A stretch of 64,000 nucleotides of DNA, from contig CAXXUK010000001.1 in NCBI GenBank assembly GCA_963665125.2, forward strand, positions 1,376,001 through 1,440,000, given 5' to 3'. The position numbers were made by a program, and so were the translations under genes. This DNA is from an uncultured Desulfarculus sp. GTDB taxonomy: Bacteria; Desulfobacterota; Desulfarculia; Desulfarculales; Desulfarculaceae. Within the stretch, counting starts at the first letter, position 1. The number at the start of each line of letters is the position of its first letter. The notes beneath the pieces are model-generated. The model was given only the letters and a program-made list of their open reading frames with translations, did not search any database and was not told the DNA's origin. Below, one piece after another: positions 19,894 through 29,414 of this stretch.

Positions 19894-19946
19894 CGGCGGT
19901 TGAGAAACAGGCCTTAATGGCTTCAGAATAGTTTAAGGAGGTCAAA

Positions 19947-20366
19947 ATGTCAGACCATTTGGAAGTGTTGCTTCTGGACGATGAGTCCATCGTGGGCCGC
20001 CGTTTAAAGCCTGCTCTGGCTAAGATCGGCTGTGAAGTTGAAGTCTTTGAAAATCCGGAGGAGGCCCTGGCCCGCCTTCAGAAAAAGGAATTTCCAATAG
20101 TCGTCACGGACATCCGCATGGACGAGATCGACGGCATCCAGGTCTTGGAATTCGTGCGCGAAAGATGGCCAAAGACCAAGGTCATCATGATCACCGGATA
20201 CGCCATGATGTCGCTTGCCCGGGAGGCCATGGAAAAAGGCGCCTTTGATTTTATCGCCAAGCCGTTCAAGCCCGATGACCTGCGCAAGGTTATCGCCGAG
20301 GCGGCCAAGGCTCTGGGCTATAATCTTGATTTTGAAAGCGCGTCAAACGACCTGAACAACCAATGA
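19947..20366 (+). CDS. Single-domain response regulator
   Basis: LLDDE, DIRM, ITGY, AKPF. Confidence 0.92.
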   Translation: MSDHLEVLLLDDESIVGRRLKPALAKIGCEVEVFENPEEALARLQKKEFPIVVTDIRMDEIDGIQVLEFVRERWPKTKVIMITGYAMMSLAREAMEKGAFDFIAKPFKPDDLRKVIAEAAKALGYNLDFESASNDLNNQ

Positions 20367-20377
20367 GTTGAAGGCTT

Positions 20378-21964
20378 ATGAACGGCACCGAAGTCAGAGA
20401 TAACACAACAGCGTCCATAGACAGCGAAGCCCAGGTGAACACGGGGAAAAGCTTTTCCCAGAATGCCGAGATGGCTCGCAAGGCGCTGATGGACAGGCCG
20501 GCGTTCACCTTGCGCCTGCACATTTATCTGGGGTTCCTTTTGGCCTTTCTATGCGCGCTTGGCATCGCCGTCGCTTTGGTGCTGAGCTTCCAGCGCATGG
20601 AAAGCTCCACCCGTTTTCTGGAAATCGTCAACGATTACGTGGTTGAAGTGGAGCAGGCCCGGCGTTACGAGAAAAACTATTTCCTGTACGGAACCAACCT
20701 CAACGACTCCCTGGACAGCGTAAACAGGGCCGAAAACATTCTCAACCGTAATGCCGAGGAACTGCGCAATATCCTGGGCCCCGCTTGGGGCGCGGCCATG
20801 CTGCCCAACCTGCATCAGTACCAGATGCTCTTGGAGCAGCTAAGCGAACTGGAGCATGCCGACAAGAAGTCGGCCTCCCAGGCCTTGAAAAAGCATGTCC
20901 GCGAGCAGGGTCAGCTCATGGTTTCGGCGGCGCAGACGCTGCTGGGCAAAGAGAAGAATTCCCTTGCCCAATCCCTGATTTTATCCCGGCGCATTTTGAT
21001 GACCTCGCTGGGCCTGCTGTTGATATTGCTGTTGGTCAACGCGTATTTCATCGGCAGCCGCATGCTCAGCGCCATCAAGCGGTTCAGCGAATATGCCCAC
21101 CGCATTGCCGCCGGTGACTTCACGCCCATTGCACCCACCCGAAGTTACAAGGACGAATTCACCAAACTGGCCGTGGCCATCAACTACATGATCGCCGAAC
21201 TGGAGCAACGCGAAGCCGTATTGATCCAGTCGCACAAAATGCGCGCGGTGGGCACACTGACCGCCGGCGTGGCCCATGAGCTAAACAACCCGCTCAACAA
21301 CATCACCCTGACGGCGCATGTCCTTCAGGAGGATTATGAAAACATCGATGACCAGGAACGCATGGAAATGATCGGCGATGTTGTCAGCGAGGCCAGCAGG
21401 GCCAAAACCATCATCAGCAACTTGCTGGACTTTGCCCGGGAGAGCAGTGCGCGGATAGAGCCCCTGGATCTGGCCATATTATTGAAGGAAACCATCAGCC
21501 TCGCGGCAAACCAGATCAAGCTTTCGGGCATACACATAGCCTATCAGGCCACCAAAAACCTGCCCAAGATTCACGGCGACAGGCAGCAGTTGATCCAGGT
21601 GTTTCTGAACCTTTTGCTGAACGCCATCGACGCCTCGGAAAAAAAAGGAACCATCCAGGTCCTGGCCCTTCCGGCGGATGAGCCGAACTTCGTGGCTGTG
21701 AAAATCATTGATTTCGGCAAGGGCATTCCAAAACACATTATCCAGTCGATCTTCGACCCGTTCTTCACCACCAAGGAACGTGGCAAGGGTACGGGATTGG
21801 GGCTGAGCGTGTCCGAGGGTATCGTAGCCAAACACGGAGGGCGCATTCTGGTTGACAGCCGGGAAGGCAAAGGCACTTCTTTCACCGTTGTTTTACCGGT
21901 TACCACCATTCCGGCCGATATTTCGGCGGAACTTGCCCAGGAAGCGGTCATGGCCGGAAAATAG
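20378..21964 (+). CDS. Membrane histidine kinase (HAMP-HisKA-HATPase)
   Basis: Two TM helices, HAMP, AHELNNPL, NLLLNA, DFGKG, GTGLGL. Confidence 0.93.
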   Translation: MNGTEVRDNTTASIDSEAQVNTGKSFSQNAEMARKALMDRPAFTLRLHIYLGFLLAFLCALGIAVALVLSFQRMESSTRFLEIVNDYVVEVEQARRYEKNYFLYGTNLNDSLDSVNRAENILNRNAEELRNILGPAWGAAMLPNLHQYQMLLEQLSELEHADKKSASQALKKHVREQGQLMVSAAQTLLGKEKNSLAQSLILSRRILMTSLGLLLILLLVNAYFIGSRMLSAIKRFSEYAHRIAAGDFTPIAPTRSYKDEFTKLAVAINYMIAELEQREAVLIQSHKMRAVGTLTAGVAHELNNPLNNITLTAHVLQEDYENIDDQERMEMIGDVVSEASRAKTIISNLLDFARESSARIEPLDLAILLKETISLAANQIKLSGIHIAYQATKNLPKIHGDRQQLIQVFLNLLLNAIDASEKKGTIQVLALPADEPNFVAVKIIDFGKGIPKHIIQSIFDPFFTTKERGKGTGLGLSVSEGIVAKHGGRILVDSREGKGTSFTVVLPVTTIPADISAELAQEAVMAGK

Positions 21965-22062
21965 CCAACCAATTGAGGCCGCGCCACGGCTCCGAAAAAA
22001 ACTTCACCGGCTGAAATTTTAGGCAATCACGGAGTCCAATGATTTAAAATTGATAAAAGGAA

Positions 22063-22098
22063 TGGGGCCGATCGATCCGGCATAATCGATCGGCCCCA
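22063..22098 (-). terminator. Terminator hairpin between convergent genes
   Basis: TGGGGCCGATCGAT / ATCGATCGGCCCCA 14-bp stem; TTCCTTTT follows on the minus strand. Confidence 0.8.
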
Positions 22099-22130
22099 GG
22101 GCCCTTGGGAAAGGCCCAGATGGGGATGGA

Positions 22131-23495
22131 TCAGAGACTGAACATGAAGATCATGTCCAATTGCAAACGGTCTTCGCTATTGCTCGGGCCTTCCTTGGTA
22201 TCCGTCTGGAACCAGCTGAGTCGCAGCTGCCAGGGATCATAAAGCTGGTAGCGGCCCTGGACCTTGTAGCCTTTGCGGTTTGTTCCGTAGAAATCACCAT
22301 CGGTAACCGCGCCGACCAAGGCGTCGGGATCAATCTCGGCATACTTGAAGTAAATAGCCCAGTCGCCCTTCTTCTTGGCCTTGCCCAACATGAAACCGGT
22401 GGACCAGGCAGTGTCGTCGCCATCAGGCAACCCACCGGCGGTATTGACGATGTAGTCGAACCAAAACTCAAGAGGCACACCATAGGGCTTGAACTTGATG
22501 AAGGTAATCGCCTCGGCCAGCTTGTACTCGTAGAGGTAATTGCCGTCAGCCCCCACACTGTTGCCCGCGCTGGTGCCCTCAATCCGGCTCATCTGGCTCA
22601 TCTCGAGGTTGTTCCAGTCATAGTAACTGCCGGCCAGGGTCCAGCTAATATCGGACGGCAGCTTCAGTGTGGCGCCCGCCTGCCAAAGCAGCAGATACGC
22701 GTCATCGGTCTTGTTGTTTTCGCTAACGGCCATCTGACCGAATTGGAAGAACGGCTTGAAATTACCCCAACCGCTGTATTCGTACTTCTCATAGATGCCT
22801 TCGGGGTTCACGTCCGGGTCCCACATGATGTCCGTGTGCAAAAACGTATTCTTGAACTTGCCGGCGGTGATCTCCAGGCCGTCAAGCCACTTGGGCTTGT
22901 ATGTGGCGTAGATGCGGCCGATGAACACGTCCTTGTTGTTGAACTCGTCGTCCAGGGTCTGGTTTGACGTCCGTCCGGGCTGCCAGGCGCGGCTGCTGGA
23001 GCCGTTATCAAACCAACTGCCGCTGCTGGTGGTGAGCATGGAGTGCATGCTCAGTTCATCGGTGACCTTGTAGCCGCCGAAGATACGCCAACGAATGCGG
23101 AAACGGTTGCGGTCGTCAATATCCTTGCCGCCGGAATCACGATTATAGAGCCCTTCGTAGCGTAGCCTCAAGTCCGTGGAAAAACTGAACTTGTCTCCCA
23201 ACAGATCCTTGATTGATTCCGCCGGCGTAGGCTTCTTGGTTTCCTGGGCCACCTTGGCTATGGTGTCCTGGTTCTCTTTGGCGGTCTTGCCTTGCTCCGC
23301 CAACTCCAGCTTAAGCCGCTTGATCTCGGCATCCTGCTCATTCAGCAGTTTTTGCTGAGCTTCAACGGTCGAAGATAATTTTTCCAACTTATCCAGCACT
23401 TGGTCGAGCGTCGACGCGTTTGCCGGTGAAGTCGATAGCAGTAGGGCCAAAAACAGGCCCAGAGTCGTATACAGTGACCAGCGAGATAACTTCAT
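22131..23495 (-). CDS. Putative porin (outer-membrane beta-barrel, N-terminal coiled coil)
   Basis: Signal peptide, coiled coil, DLRLRYE, RNRFRIR, WDPDVNPEG, RLQLDMIFMF. Confidence 0.82.
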   Translation of the reverse strand: MKLSRWSLYTTLGLFLALLLSTSPANASTLDQVLDKLEKLSSTVEAQQKLLNEQDAEIKRLKLELAEQGKTAKENQDTIAKVAQETKKPTPAESIKDLLGDKFSFSTDLRLRYEGLYNRDSGGKDIDDRNRFRIRWRIFGGYKVTDELSMHSMLTTSSGSWFDNGSSSRAWQPGRTSNQTLDDEFNNKDVFIGRIYATYKPKWLDGLEITAGKFKNTFLHTDIMWDPDVNPEGIYEKYEYSGWGNFKPFFQFGQMAVSENNKTDDAYLLLWQAGATLKLPSDISWTLAGSYYDWNNLEMSQMSRIEGTSAGNSVGADGNYLYEYKLAEAITFIKFKPYGVPLEFWFDYIVNTAGGLPDGDDTAWSTGFMLGKAKKKGDWAIYFKYAEIDPDALVGAVTDGDFYGTNRKGYKVQGRYQLYDPWQLRLSWFQTDTKEGPSNSEDRLQLDMIFMFSL

Positions 23496-23682
23496 GCAGC
23501 CAATCCTTTACATGCTTTGGCGTTTACTCACGCCGATGATAAACACAGCTCTCACATGGAAACGGTCACTTTGCCGCCTAGGTTACAGCGGCTCTTGGTC
23601 AAGCAAAATAGGCTCAATCCCCTATTTGCCTCCCGTGAACACCTCATTTTGCTCGGTCCGGTTCAGTCCGGACCCATTCATT

Positions 23683-23886
23683 TCACGCATCATCCAGCGA
23701 CGGCCAGCGGGCAAAAGAAAACCACCAGATCGCCCCCAGGTTGATCCCCGGAATAACAATCAACAGGGACCACCAGCGACTGATCCCCGCTTTTTGCAAA
23801 ATGCGACCGGTTACCCAAAGCCCCACCAGGACCAGGGCGGCCAGAAGCAAAAGAGTGGTATCATTGAGTGGCACCGGAGTTTGCAT
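23683..23886 (-). CDS. Small membrane protein (67 aa)
   Basis: ATG 23886 overlaps the upstream TAA; GGAG RBS; RILQKAG..W.LL..IP...F..WP pattern. Confidence 0.72.
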   Translation of the reverse strand: MQTPVPLNDTTLLLLAALVLVGLWVTGRILQKAGISRWWSLLIVIPGINLGAIWWFSFARWPSLDDA

Positions 23887-24092
23887 TATCGCCTCTCCCT
23901 GCTTGCTACGAAGATCGGCCATCTCCTGAAGGCCAGAATTATGCTGAGGGCCAGATAGCCCCCATAGGGCACAAAAACCAACAGCCCCAAGGCGGCAGGC
24001 AATCCGGCCCTGGTGCAGATGCGCCAAGCCGGAATTACCAATAACAACGCCAAGGCAAACTGTCTGTAAAGCTCCTGAGTGATCGTTTCCAT
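23886..24092 (-). CDS. Small membrane protein (68 aa), paralogue of neighbour
   Basis: WRICTRAG...LL.FVP...LAFRRWP. Confidence 0.72.
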   Translation of the reverse strand: METITQELYRQFALALLLVIPAWRICTRAGLPAALGLLVFVPYGGYLALSIILAFRRWPIFVASRERR

Positions 24093-24110
24093 GTCGCTTC
24101 CGCTTTGCCG

Positions 24111-24154
24111 GGCCGGTCCGCCTTAGACCTGGCGATTGGTCAGGCGGACCGGCC
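24111..24154. other. Long GC-rich hairpin after the RR-CBS gene
   Basis: GGCCGGTCCGCCT / AGGCGGACCGGCC 13-bp stem plus inner GACC/GGTC; no U tract. Confidence 0.6.
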
Positions 24155-24169
24155 GTAGGCTTGGGGTGA

Positions 24170-25078
24170 CTATTTCTGCATCAGGCGGGCCATTTCAAAG
24201 AACAGATCCTGCTCCCTGATCACGCCCACCACCTGATCGTCCTGGTAGACAATCAATCTGCGTTCGTCGTATTTAATGAGCAGATACGCCGCCTCCAACA
24301 AGGACGAGTCAGCCCGGACCTTGGGAGGCGTGGGGCTCATCAGTTCCCCGATAGGATACTTGGCGAGCTTGCGTACTTCATTGGTAAACATTCCCGCCCA
24401 GAACATCGGTGAGTACTGGATCGAATCCGCGGTTGAAGGTTTGGGTGCGCTGAGGTACTGCGGCATGATGGCTTCCAGAAGGTCAGAGATGACCAAAAGG
24501 CCCAATATCTGGCCGTTGGCTCCCTGGACCAACACGGAGCTGTGGCTCGTTTCCATGACGCTATCGCCAACCGGGTGCCGCGTAACCGAATTACGCAGGG
24601 CCTCGACGGCATCGGCAACCGTGGCGTCCGACCCCAGGGTGGTGTAGACATCCAACGGAATCATCAGATCGCGAACCAGGCTCTCGGATACTCCGCCAGC
24701 GGTTTTCATTTCCGAACGGTGGGCTTCCTTTATCTTGGAAGCCAACAGGTCGATGTCGCAGGGTTTGGCCAGGAAGTCAAAGGCCCCCTCCTTCAGCGCC
24801 TGCTCGGCCGCCGGCCCCGATCCATGGCCCGTGAGCATGATCACCGGTACATCGGATGTGATTTGTTTAATTTCCCGCAGGGCCTCGAGGCCATCCATGC
24901 CCGGCATCCTGATGTCCAGGATGATTACGTCGGGGTTAAGTTTGGCCTTCTGAAGGGCCTCCCGGCCATCGGCCGCCAATAGCACCTCAAAGCCGCGGCG
25001 GGACAGTACCTTTTCGGTGGTCGCGCGAAACTGGGCTTCGTCGTCAACCAGAAGGACTTTTATTCGACTATTTGCCAT
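24170..25078 (-). CDS. Response regulator receiver plus CBS-pair protein
   Basis: Receiver (LVDDE, LDIRMP, AKP), then LVRDLMIP ... GVIREQDLF. Confidence 0.88.
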   Translation of the reverse strand: MANSRIKVLLVDDEAQFRATTEKVLSRRGFEVLLAADGREALQKAKLNPDVIILDIRMPGMDGLEALREIKQITSDVPVIMLTGHGSGPAAEQALKEGAFDFLAKPCDIDLLASKIKEAHRSEMKTAGGVSESLVRDLMIPLDVYTTLGSDATVADAVEALRNSVTRHPVGDSVMETSHSSVLVQGANGQILGLLVISDLLEAIMPQYLSAPKPSTADSIQYSPMFWAGMFTNEVRKLAKYPIGELMSPTPPKVRADSSLLEAAYLLIKYDERRLIVYQDDQVVGVIREQDLFFEMARLMQK

Positions 25079-25109
25079 TTGCCTCTCCTTGTGCCACGTC
25101 CGAGGGCCA

Positions 25110-26963
25110 TCAATAATTTGGCAATCCGGACCAACCCATTGCCGTCCAGTAGAAGGCCGCCATCAGCATCAGTATGGTCAAGTTCGTGAAGAACAGGATC
25201 AAACCAGCGCGCATATAGTCCTTTTGCTCCAGCATGCCGCTGGCATAGACGATGGCGTTGGGCGGAGTACCGATGATCAGGCAGTAGGCCAGCGAAGAAG
25301 CTATGGCCGTACTCATTGCCGTGAACGGAATCATGCTGGTGCCAGGATGGACCAAGCCGGCCATGGCCAGGGTCACGGGGCCAACCGCCGCGCAAGCAGG
25401 ACCGTCAGCCATGAGCTGGGTCAGCAGACCCGTGATGACGTTGCCGCTCAAGAGGAGGCCCAGGCCGCTGCCCAAACCAAGGGGCACGGTGAGGTCGACG
25501 ATTGATTGGGCGATCCAGAAGGCGCCGCCGGTGGAGGTCAGGATTCGACCGAAGGCGATGGCTCCGGCGTACAACCAGACAACACCCCAGTCGACTCCGG
25601 TCTGGTAGTCGCGCCAGTTGACGACTCCCGCCAGGATGTAGGCTATGGCGCCCATCACGGCCAGCACGCCGATGCCGAAGCGGATGCCTGTCAAATCGTA
25701 CAACAAGTTCTTTTCAGTGATCCAGCAGAACAGCATCACCAGGAAGATGATCACCGATATGATTTGCTGCTTGCTCCATCCGCCGCCCTCACGGTTGATT
25801 TCCTCCTTGACCACGCGGATGGCCGGACCGAGGTCCAAGGTCTTGGGCTTGAAGCGCCAGTTGATTACGAACCAGGTCAGCGGAACAACGGCCAACAGGA
25901 ACGGTACGCAGTAGATCATCCACTGGCCGAAACCGATGTTGATGCCGAACATGTCTTCGGCGTAGCTCATCATGATGATGTTACGGGCCGCGCCGGACGG
26001 GGCAAGTGAACCGCCGAGGTTGCAGGCCATGGCGATGGTGATCATCAGCATCTTGCCCAATTCGGGGTCATCGTCGCCCGAGGCCGCGGTGGCGGTGGTG
26101 TAGAGCAGGATGCCGATGGGCAGGAACATTGCCGCCAGGGCGTGGTCACTCATGAACATGGTCAAGGGCGCGATAATCAGGATAATGATAAATGTAATCC
26201 ACTTGACCGAGGGCTTCTTGAGCCTGCCGAACATCATCATGGCTATTCGCCGGTCAACGCCCGTCTTGACGAAGGCAACGGCGAACATAAGGCTACCCAT
26301 GATGAACCACGTTGCGTCGGACCAGAAAGTCGGCGCCACGGTGCTCCGGTTGAAGATGCCGGCCAACACGCCGATGATGCCGATACAGAAGGCGACCATG
26401 GGCAGCGGTATGGCCTCGGTGAGGAAGCAACCCACCACGAAGACCACCAAGGCCACGGCCACCTTGACGTGGAAGCCCGCCGTTTCAACCTTGGCCCTAT
26501 CGGAATCCGATAGATCCGCGAGCTTTATGCCATTGCTCTTGAGATTGTAGGCCGATCGCAACAGGCCCTCGAACTTTTCCTTGCCCAGGTTGCTGGCAAC
26601 CTCCCGGATCTTTGTCAGATTAGACGCGCTAACCTCGACGCCGGCCTTCTCGGCCCACTTCTGATCGCGCTTGAGGAAGTTTTCATAGCCGAAAGAAGCC
26701 TTGTTTATACTGGCCTCCATCAGCCCGATTGTCTGCAACTGCCACTGCACCAACTCTGAATAGTCGGCGCTGAACACTTCCTTGGCGATCAACTGCTTGA
26801 CATACTTAGGTCCAAGGGAGTATTCGGCGCCGACCCGCATCATGCTGTCGGGCGTCGGCAGTAATAAAACGAGAATAAAAAGCCCCAGGGGGATTACGAA
26901 CTTCTTCCAATCGATATATCGATCGTAACCTGTTGCCTTTTTTTGACTTTTTGTTTGGGTCAT
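25110..26963 (-). CDS. SLC13/DASS anion:sodium symporter family permease
   Basis: TEAIP, FIMGSL, SDHALAA, GGSLAPSGAARN, VDWGV, GTPPNAI. Confidence 0.9.
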   Translation of the reverse strand: MTQTKSQKKATGYDRYIDWKKFVIPLGLFILVLLLPTPDSMMRVGAEYSLGPKYVKQLIAKEVFSADYSELVQWQLQTIGLMEASINKASFGYENFLKRDQKWAEKAGVEVSASNLTKIREVASNLGKEKFEGLLRSAYNLKSNGIKLADLSDSDRAKVETAGFHVKVAVALVVFVVGCFLTEAIPLPMVAFCIGIIGVLAGIFNRSTVAPTFWSDATWFIMGSLMFAVAFVKTGVDRRIAMMMFGRLKKPSVKWITFIIILIIAPLTMFMSDHALAAMFLPIGILLYTTATAASGDDDPELGKMLMITIAMACNLGGSLAPSGAARNIIMMSYAEDMFGINIGFGQWMIYCVPFLLAVVPLTWFVINWRFKPKTLDLGPAIRVVKEEINREGGGWSKQQIISVIIFLVMLFCWITEKNLLYDLTGIRFGIGVLAVMGAIAYILAGVVNWRDYQTGVDWGVVWLYAGAIAFGRILTSTGGAFWIAQSIVDLTVPLGLGSGLGLLLSGNVITGLLTQLMADGPACAAVGPVTLAMAGLVHPGTSMIPFTAMSTAIASSLAYCLIIGTPPNAIVYASGMLEQKDYMRAGLILFFTNLTILMLMAAFYWTAMGWSGLPNY

Positions 26964-27039
26964 CCAGACACCTCTCCTGTAGAACCGACCCTGTTTAGCA
27001 GCCTTTGCTGTTTCGCAAAGGCATCATGAGCGCGCCGGA

Positions 27040-27168
27040 CTATGTCTGTGCGAACTTCGCCAAAAACCAAAGCGCAGACATGATCAACGCCAGGTAGAAA
27101 TAGACCTTCCTTTCTTTTTCCCTGTTCAGGCGGGTAACCCATTTTGTTTTTGAATTAGAGCTGTTCAC
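27040..27168 (-). CDS. 42-aa single-TM protein (not in ORF track)
   Basis: AGAGG RBS 7 nt before GTG 27168; MNSSNSKTKWVTRLNREKERKVYFYLALIMSALWFLAKFAQT, stop at 27040. Confidence 0.65.
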   Translation of the reverse strand: MNSSNSKTKWVTRLNREKERKVYFYLALIMSALWFLAKFAQT

Positions 27169-27200
27169 GGCATCGCCTCTCGTTTTAGGTTTGGTTTCGT

Positions 27201-27671
27201 TCAGCTCTGGCTCCAGCCGCTTTCATCGACTTCCTTGACCAACTCCCGGGGCGAGGCCATCGCCTTGCGCATCTGCGCCGAGCGGATCTTTTCCTCGACC
27301 TGCAAACGCTTGCCATAGGCGTCCTCCGCCTTTTCAAGCAATTCGCTGATCTCGCAGGGTTTGGTCAGATAATCAAAAGCGCCTGTGCGCATACCCTCCA
27401 CTGCCGAATCAATGGTGGCGTGTCCGGTAAGCATGATCACTTCAACCATGGGGTATCGCTGTTTGATCTGCTTGAGCACCTCAACGCCGTCCATGCCCGG
27501 CATCTTCACGTCGAGGATCACAACATCAACGTGGTTGTTTTCCAATATCTCCAAGGCCTCCATGCCGCTATTGGCAGTAAGCGGCTCGTAGCCTTTACGT
27601 GTCAGCAATTTGACCGTGGTGGACAAAAATCTTTCCTCGTCGTCCACCAGAAGCATCTTGACCATCGACAT
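27201..27671 (-). CDS. Response regulator (receiver only)
   Basis: LVDDE, LDVKMP, LTGH, TKP. GGAGG RBS. Confidence 0.92.
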   Translation of the reverse strand: MSMVKMLLVDDEERFLSTTVKLLTRKGYEPLTANSGMEALEILENNHVDVVILDVKMPGMDGVEVLKQIKQRYPMVEVIMLTGHATIDSAVEGMRTGAFDYLTKPCEISELLEKAEDAYGKRLQVEEKIRSAQMRKAMASPRELVKEVDESGWSQS

Positions 27672-27725
27672 CGTTCGCCTCCCTCGCGGGTAAATTTCCT
27701 TATCCTATGGCCGGCCCGACATGCG

Positions 27726-29414
27726 TCAGGCCGCCGGTAGCGTGATTGTAAATTCGGAGCCCTGGCCTTCCCGGCTGGACACCTCAATGGTTCCCTTCAT
27801 TTGCTCGATGATTCCAAAACAGACCGGCAGCCCCAGACCCGTGCCTTGCCCCACCGGCTTGGTCGTAAAGAACGGAGTGAAAATGCGCTGCATGTTTTCC
27901 TGGCTTATGCCTGATCCGTTGTCAGAAACGGCCAGGCGCACATCATTGTTGCCGTTGCTTCTCAGGCTGACGATTATGCGTCCCCCTTGGGCTCCGTGCT
28001 TTGCTACAACAGCGTCGAAGGCATTGTTGAGCAGGTTCAACAGAACTTGTTGCAGTTGACCGGGGTCCGCCATGACCGGAGGCGTATCCGGGTCCATCTG
28101 GCTGGCCAGTTCAACGCCGCTGACCTGGGCCTTCTTGGCCACCATATGCAAAACTTCGGGAACGAATTGAGTAAGGCTGAGCTCCTGGGGCTTGGCTTCT
28201 TTTTGCCTAGCGAACTTCAATATTGACTGAGTGATGTTGCCGCATCGATCAATCTGGAGCTTAATTTGGCTGATGGAGTCCAGGAGCTCAGCCGTATCTT
28301 GGTTTTCCGGCAATATGTTGCTGGCCTGCATATCTTGCAGTATGGCTTCCACCAGGGATTGTTCGGCCCTGATGATTTGCAATGGGTTGTTTATCTCGTG
28401 GGCGAATCCAGCCGACATCTCGCCGATCTCAGCAAGCCGACTGGCAACAATAAGTTGCTGGTTCAGCAGATTCTTTTCTCTATCCATTCTCGTCAGGCGG
28501 GAGATGATCTTGTTGGTGAGATAGAATCCCATGCTGACTATGCCCGCCAGACCGGCGAACAGGATAAGCGCCACCACGAACCACGCGGTTCGCAGATCTC
28601 TTAGTACGTCGGACCTTTCCTGGCGTACTATCAGCTCCCAGTCCTTGCCCTTGAGCCAAGTCGCGGCGTACATGTATGTTTCGCCATCGTTGTCGGATAT
28701 GAAGGTCTTTACGCCATGGTAGCGGGGCTCGGTGGCTATGGGCTCATTGTCCTTTTCCATGAGTTCGCCACCGCTTCTGCGCTCGGTTTGGAAAATGCCC
28801 GCGCTGTTGACGATGTAGGCCTCACCTGTCTTGCCCATGCGCACCTTTTCGACCATGTCGGTGAAAAAGGCGGAATCGATGGTAGCCCGCAGGACCCATT
28901 GCTCACCCTGGCCGCCAACCGAAATAGCAATGATGAAGTGAGGCACCTTGCGGAAACCCAGAAACACGTCACTAATGTAATAGCCCCTGCTCAGCACCTG
29001 CCGGTACCACGGTTCGTTGATGTAGATCTTTCCCTTTAGGGGGTATGGCCCCACATAAGCCACATGGACGCCCGAGGGATCGAAAACGCCCAAGTCGACG
29101 AAGGCGGGGGAAATACCCCTCAATGTGTCGAAAATCTTATGGAGCTTCTCGCTTTCATTGATTTTTTCAAAGGGAACGGTGCTTGCGATGAGCGTCAGGT
29201 CATCCTTTCGCTCCGACAGGAACATTTCGATGACCTTGCGGTGATCTTCAGCAATTCGCACCATCCGCGAAAACGATTCCCGCTCTAGTGAGGATGAGAA
29301 GTAAAAAAAACCCACAATCACCACCAAAACGAATGGGATGGCAGGTGCGAGAATCATTGCGGCTAGGATTTTGTTTCTTAGGGGCCGGTATGGGTGCTTT
29401 TCCTGGCTTGCCAT
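27726..29414 (-). CDS. Membrane histidine kinase with Cache sensor domain
   Basis: Two TM helices, ISDVFLGFR, AHEINNPL, DNGSG, GTGLGL. Start uncertain (ATG 29414 or GTG 29480). Confidence 0.9.
   Translation of the reverse strand: MASQEKHPYRPLRNKILAAMILAPAIPFVLVVIVGFFYFSSSLERESFSRMVRIAEDHRKVIEMFLSERKDDLTLIASTVPFEKINESEKLHKIFDTLRGISPAFVDLGVFDPSGVHVAYVGPYPLKGKIYINEPWYRQVLSRGYYISDVFLGFRKVPHFIIAISVGGQGEQWVLRATIDSAFFTDMVEKVRMGKTGEAYIVNSAGIFQTERRSGGELMEKDNEPIATEPRYHGVKTFISDNDGETYMYAATWLKGKDWELIVRQERSDVLRDLRTAWFVVALILFAGLAGIVSMGFYLTNKIISRLTRMDREKNLLNQQLIVASRLAEIGEMSAGFAHEINNPLQIIRAEQSLVEAILQDMQASNILPENQDTAELLDSISQIKLQIDRCGNITQSILKFARQKEAKPQELSLTQFVPEVLHMVAKKAQVSGVELASQMDPDTPPVMADPGQLQQVLLNLLNNAFDAVVAKHGAQGGRIIVSLRSNGNNDVRLAVSDNGSGISQENMQRIFTPFFTTKPVGQGTGLGLPVCFGIIEQMKGTIEVSSREGQGSEFTITLPAA

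Noticed and set aside
23560..23675. Several hairpins upstream of the porin as a possible riboswitch
   Set aside because: No match to a known aptamer consensus; short stems only.
26960..27142. 60-aa ORF from the track
   Set aside because: No RBS or recognisable features; the overlapping frame 27040-27168 has an RBS and a TM helix.
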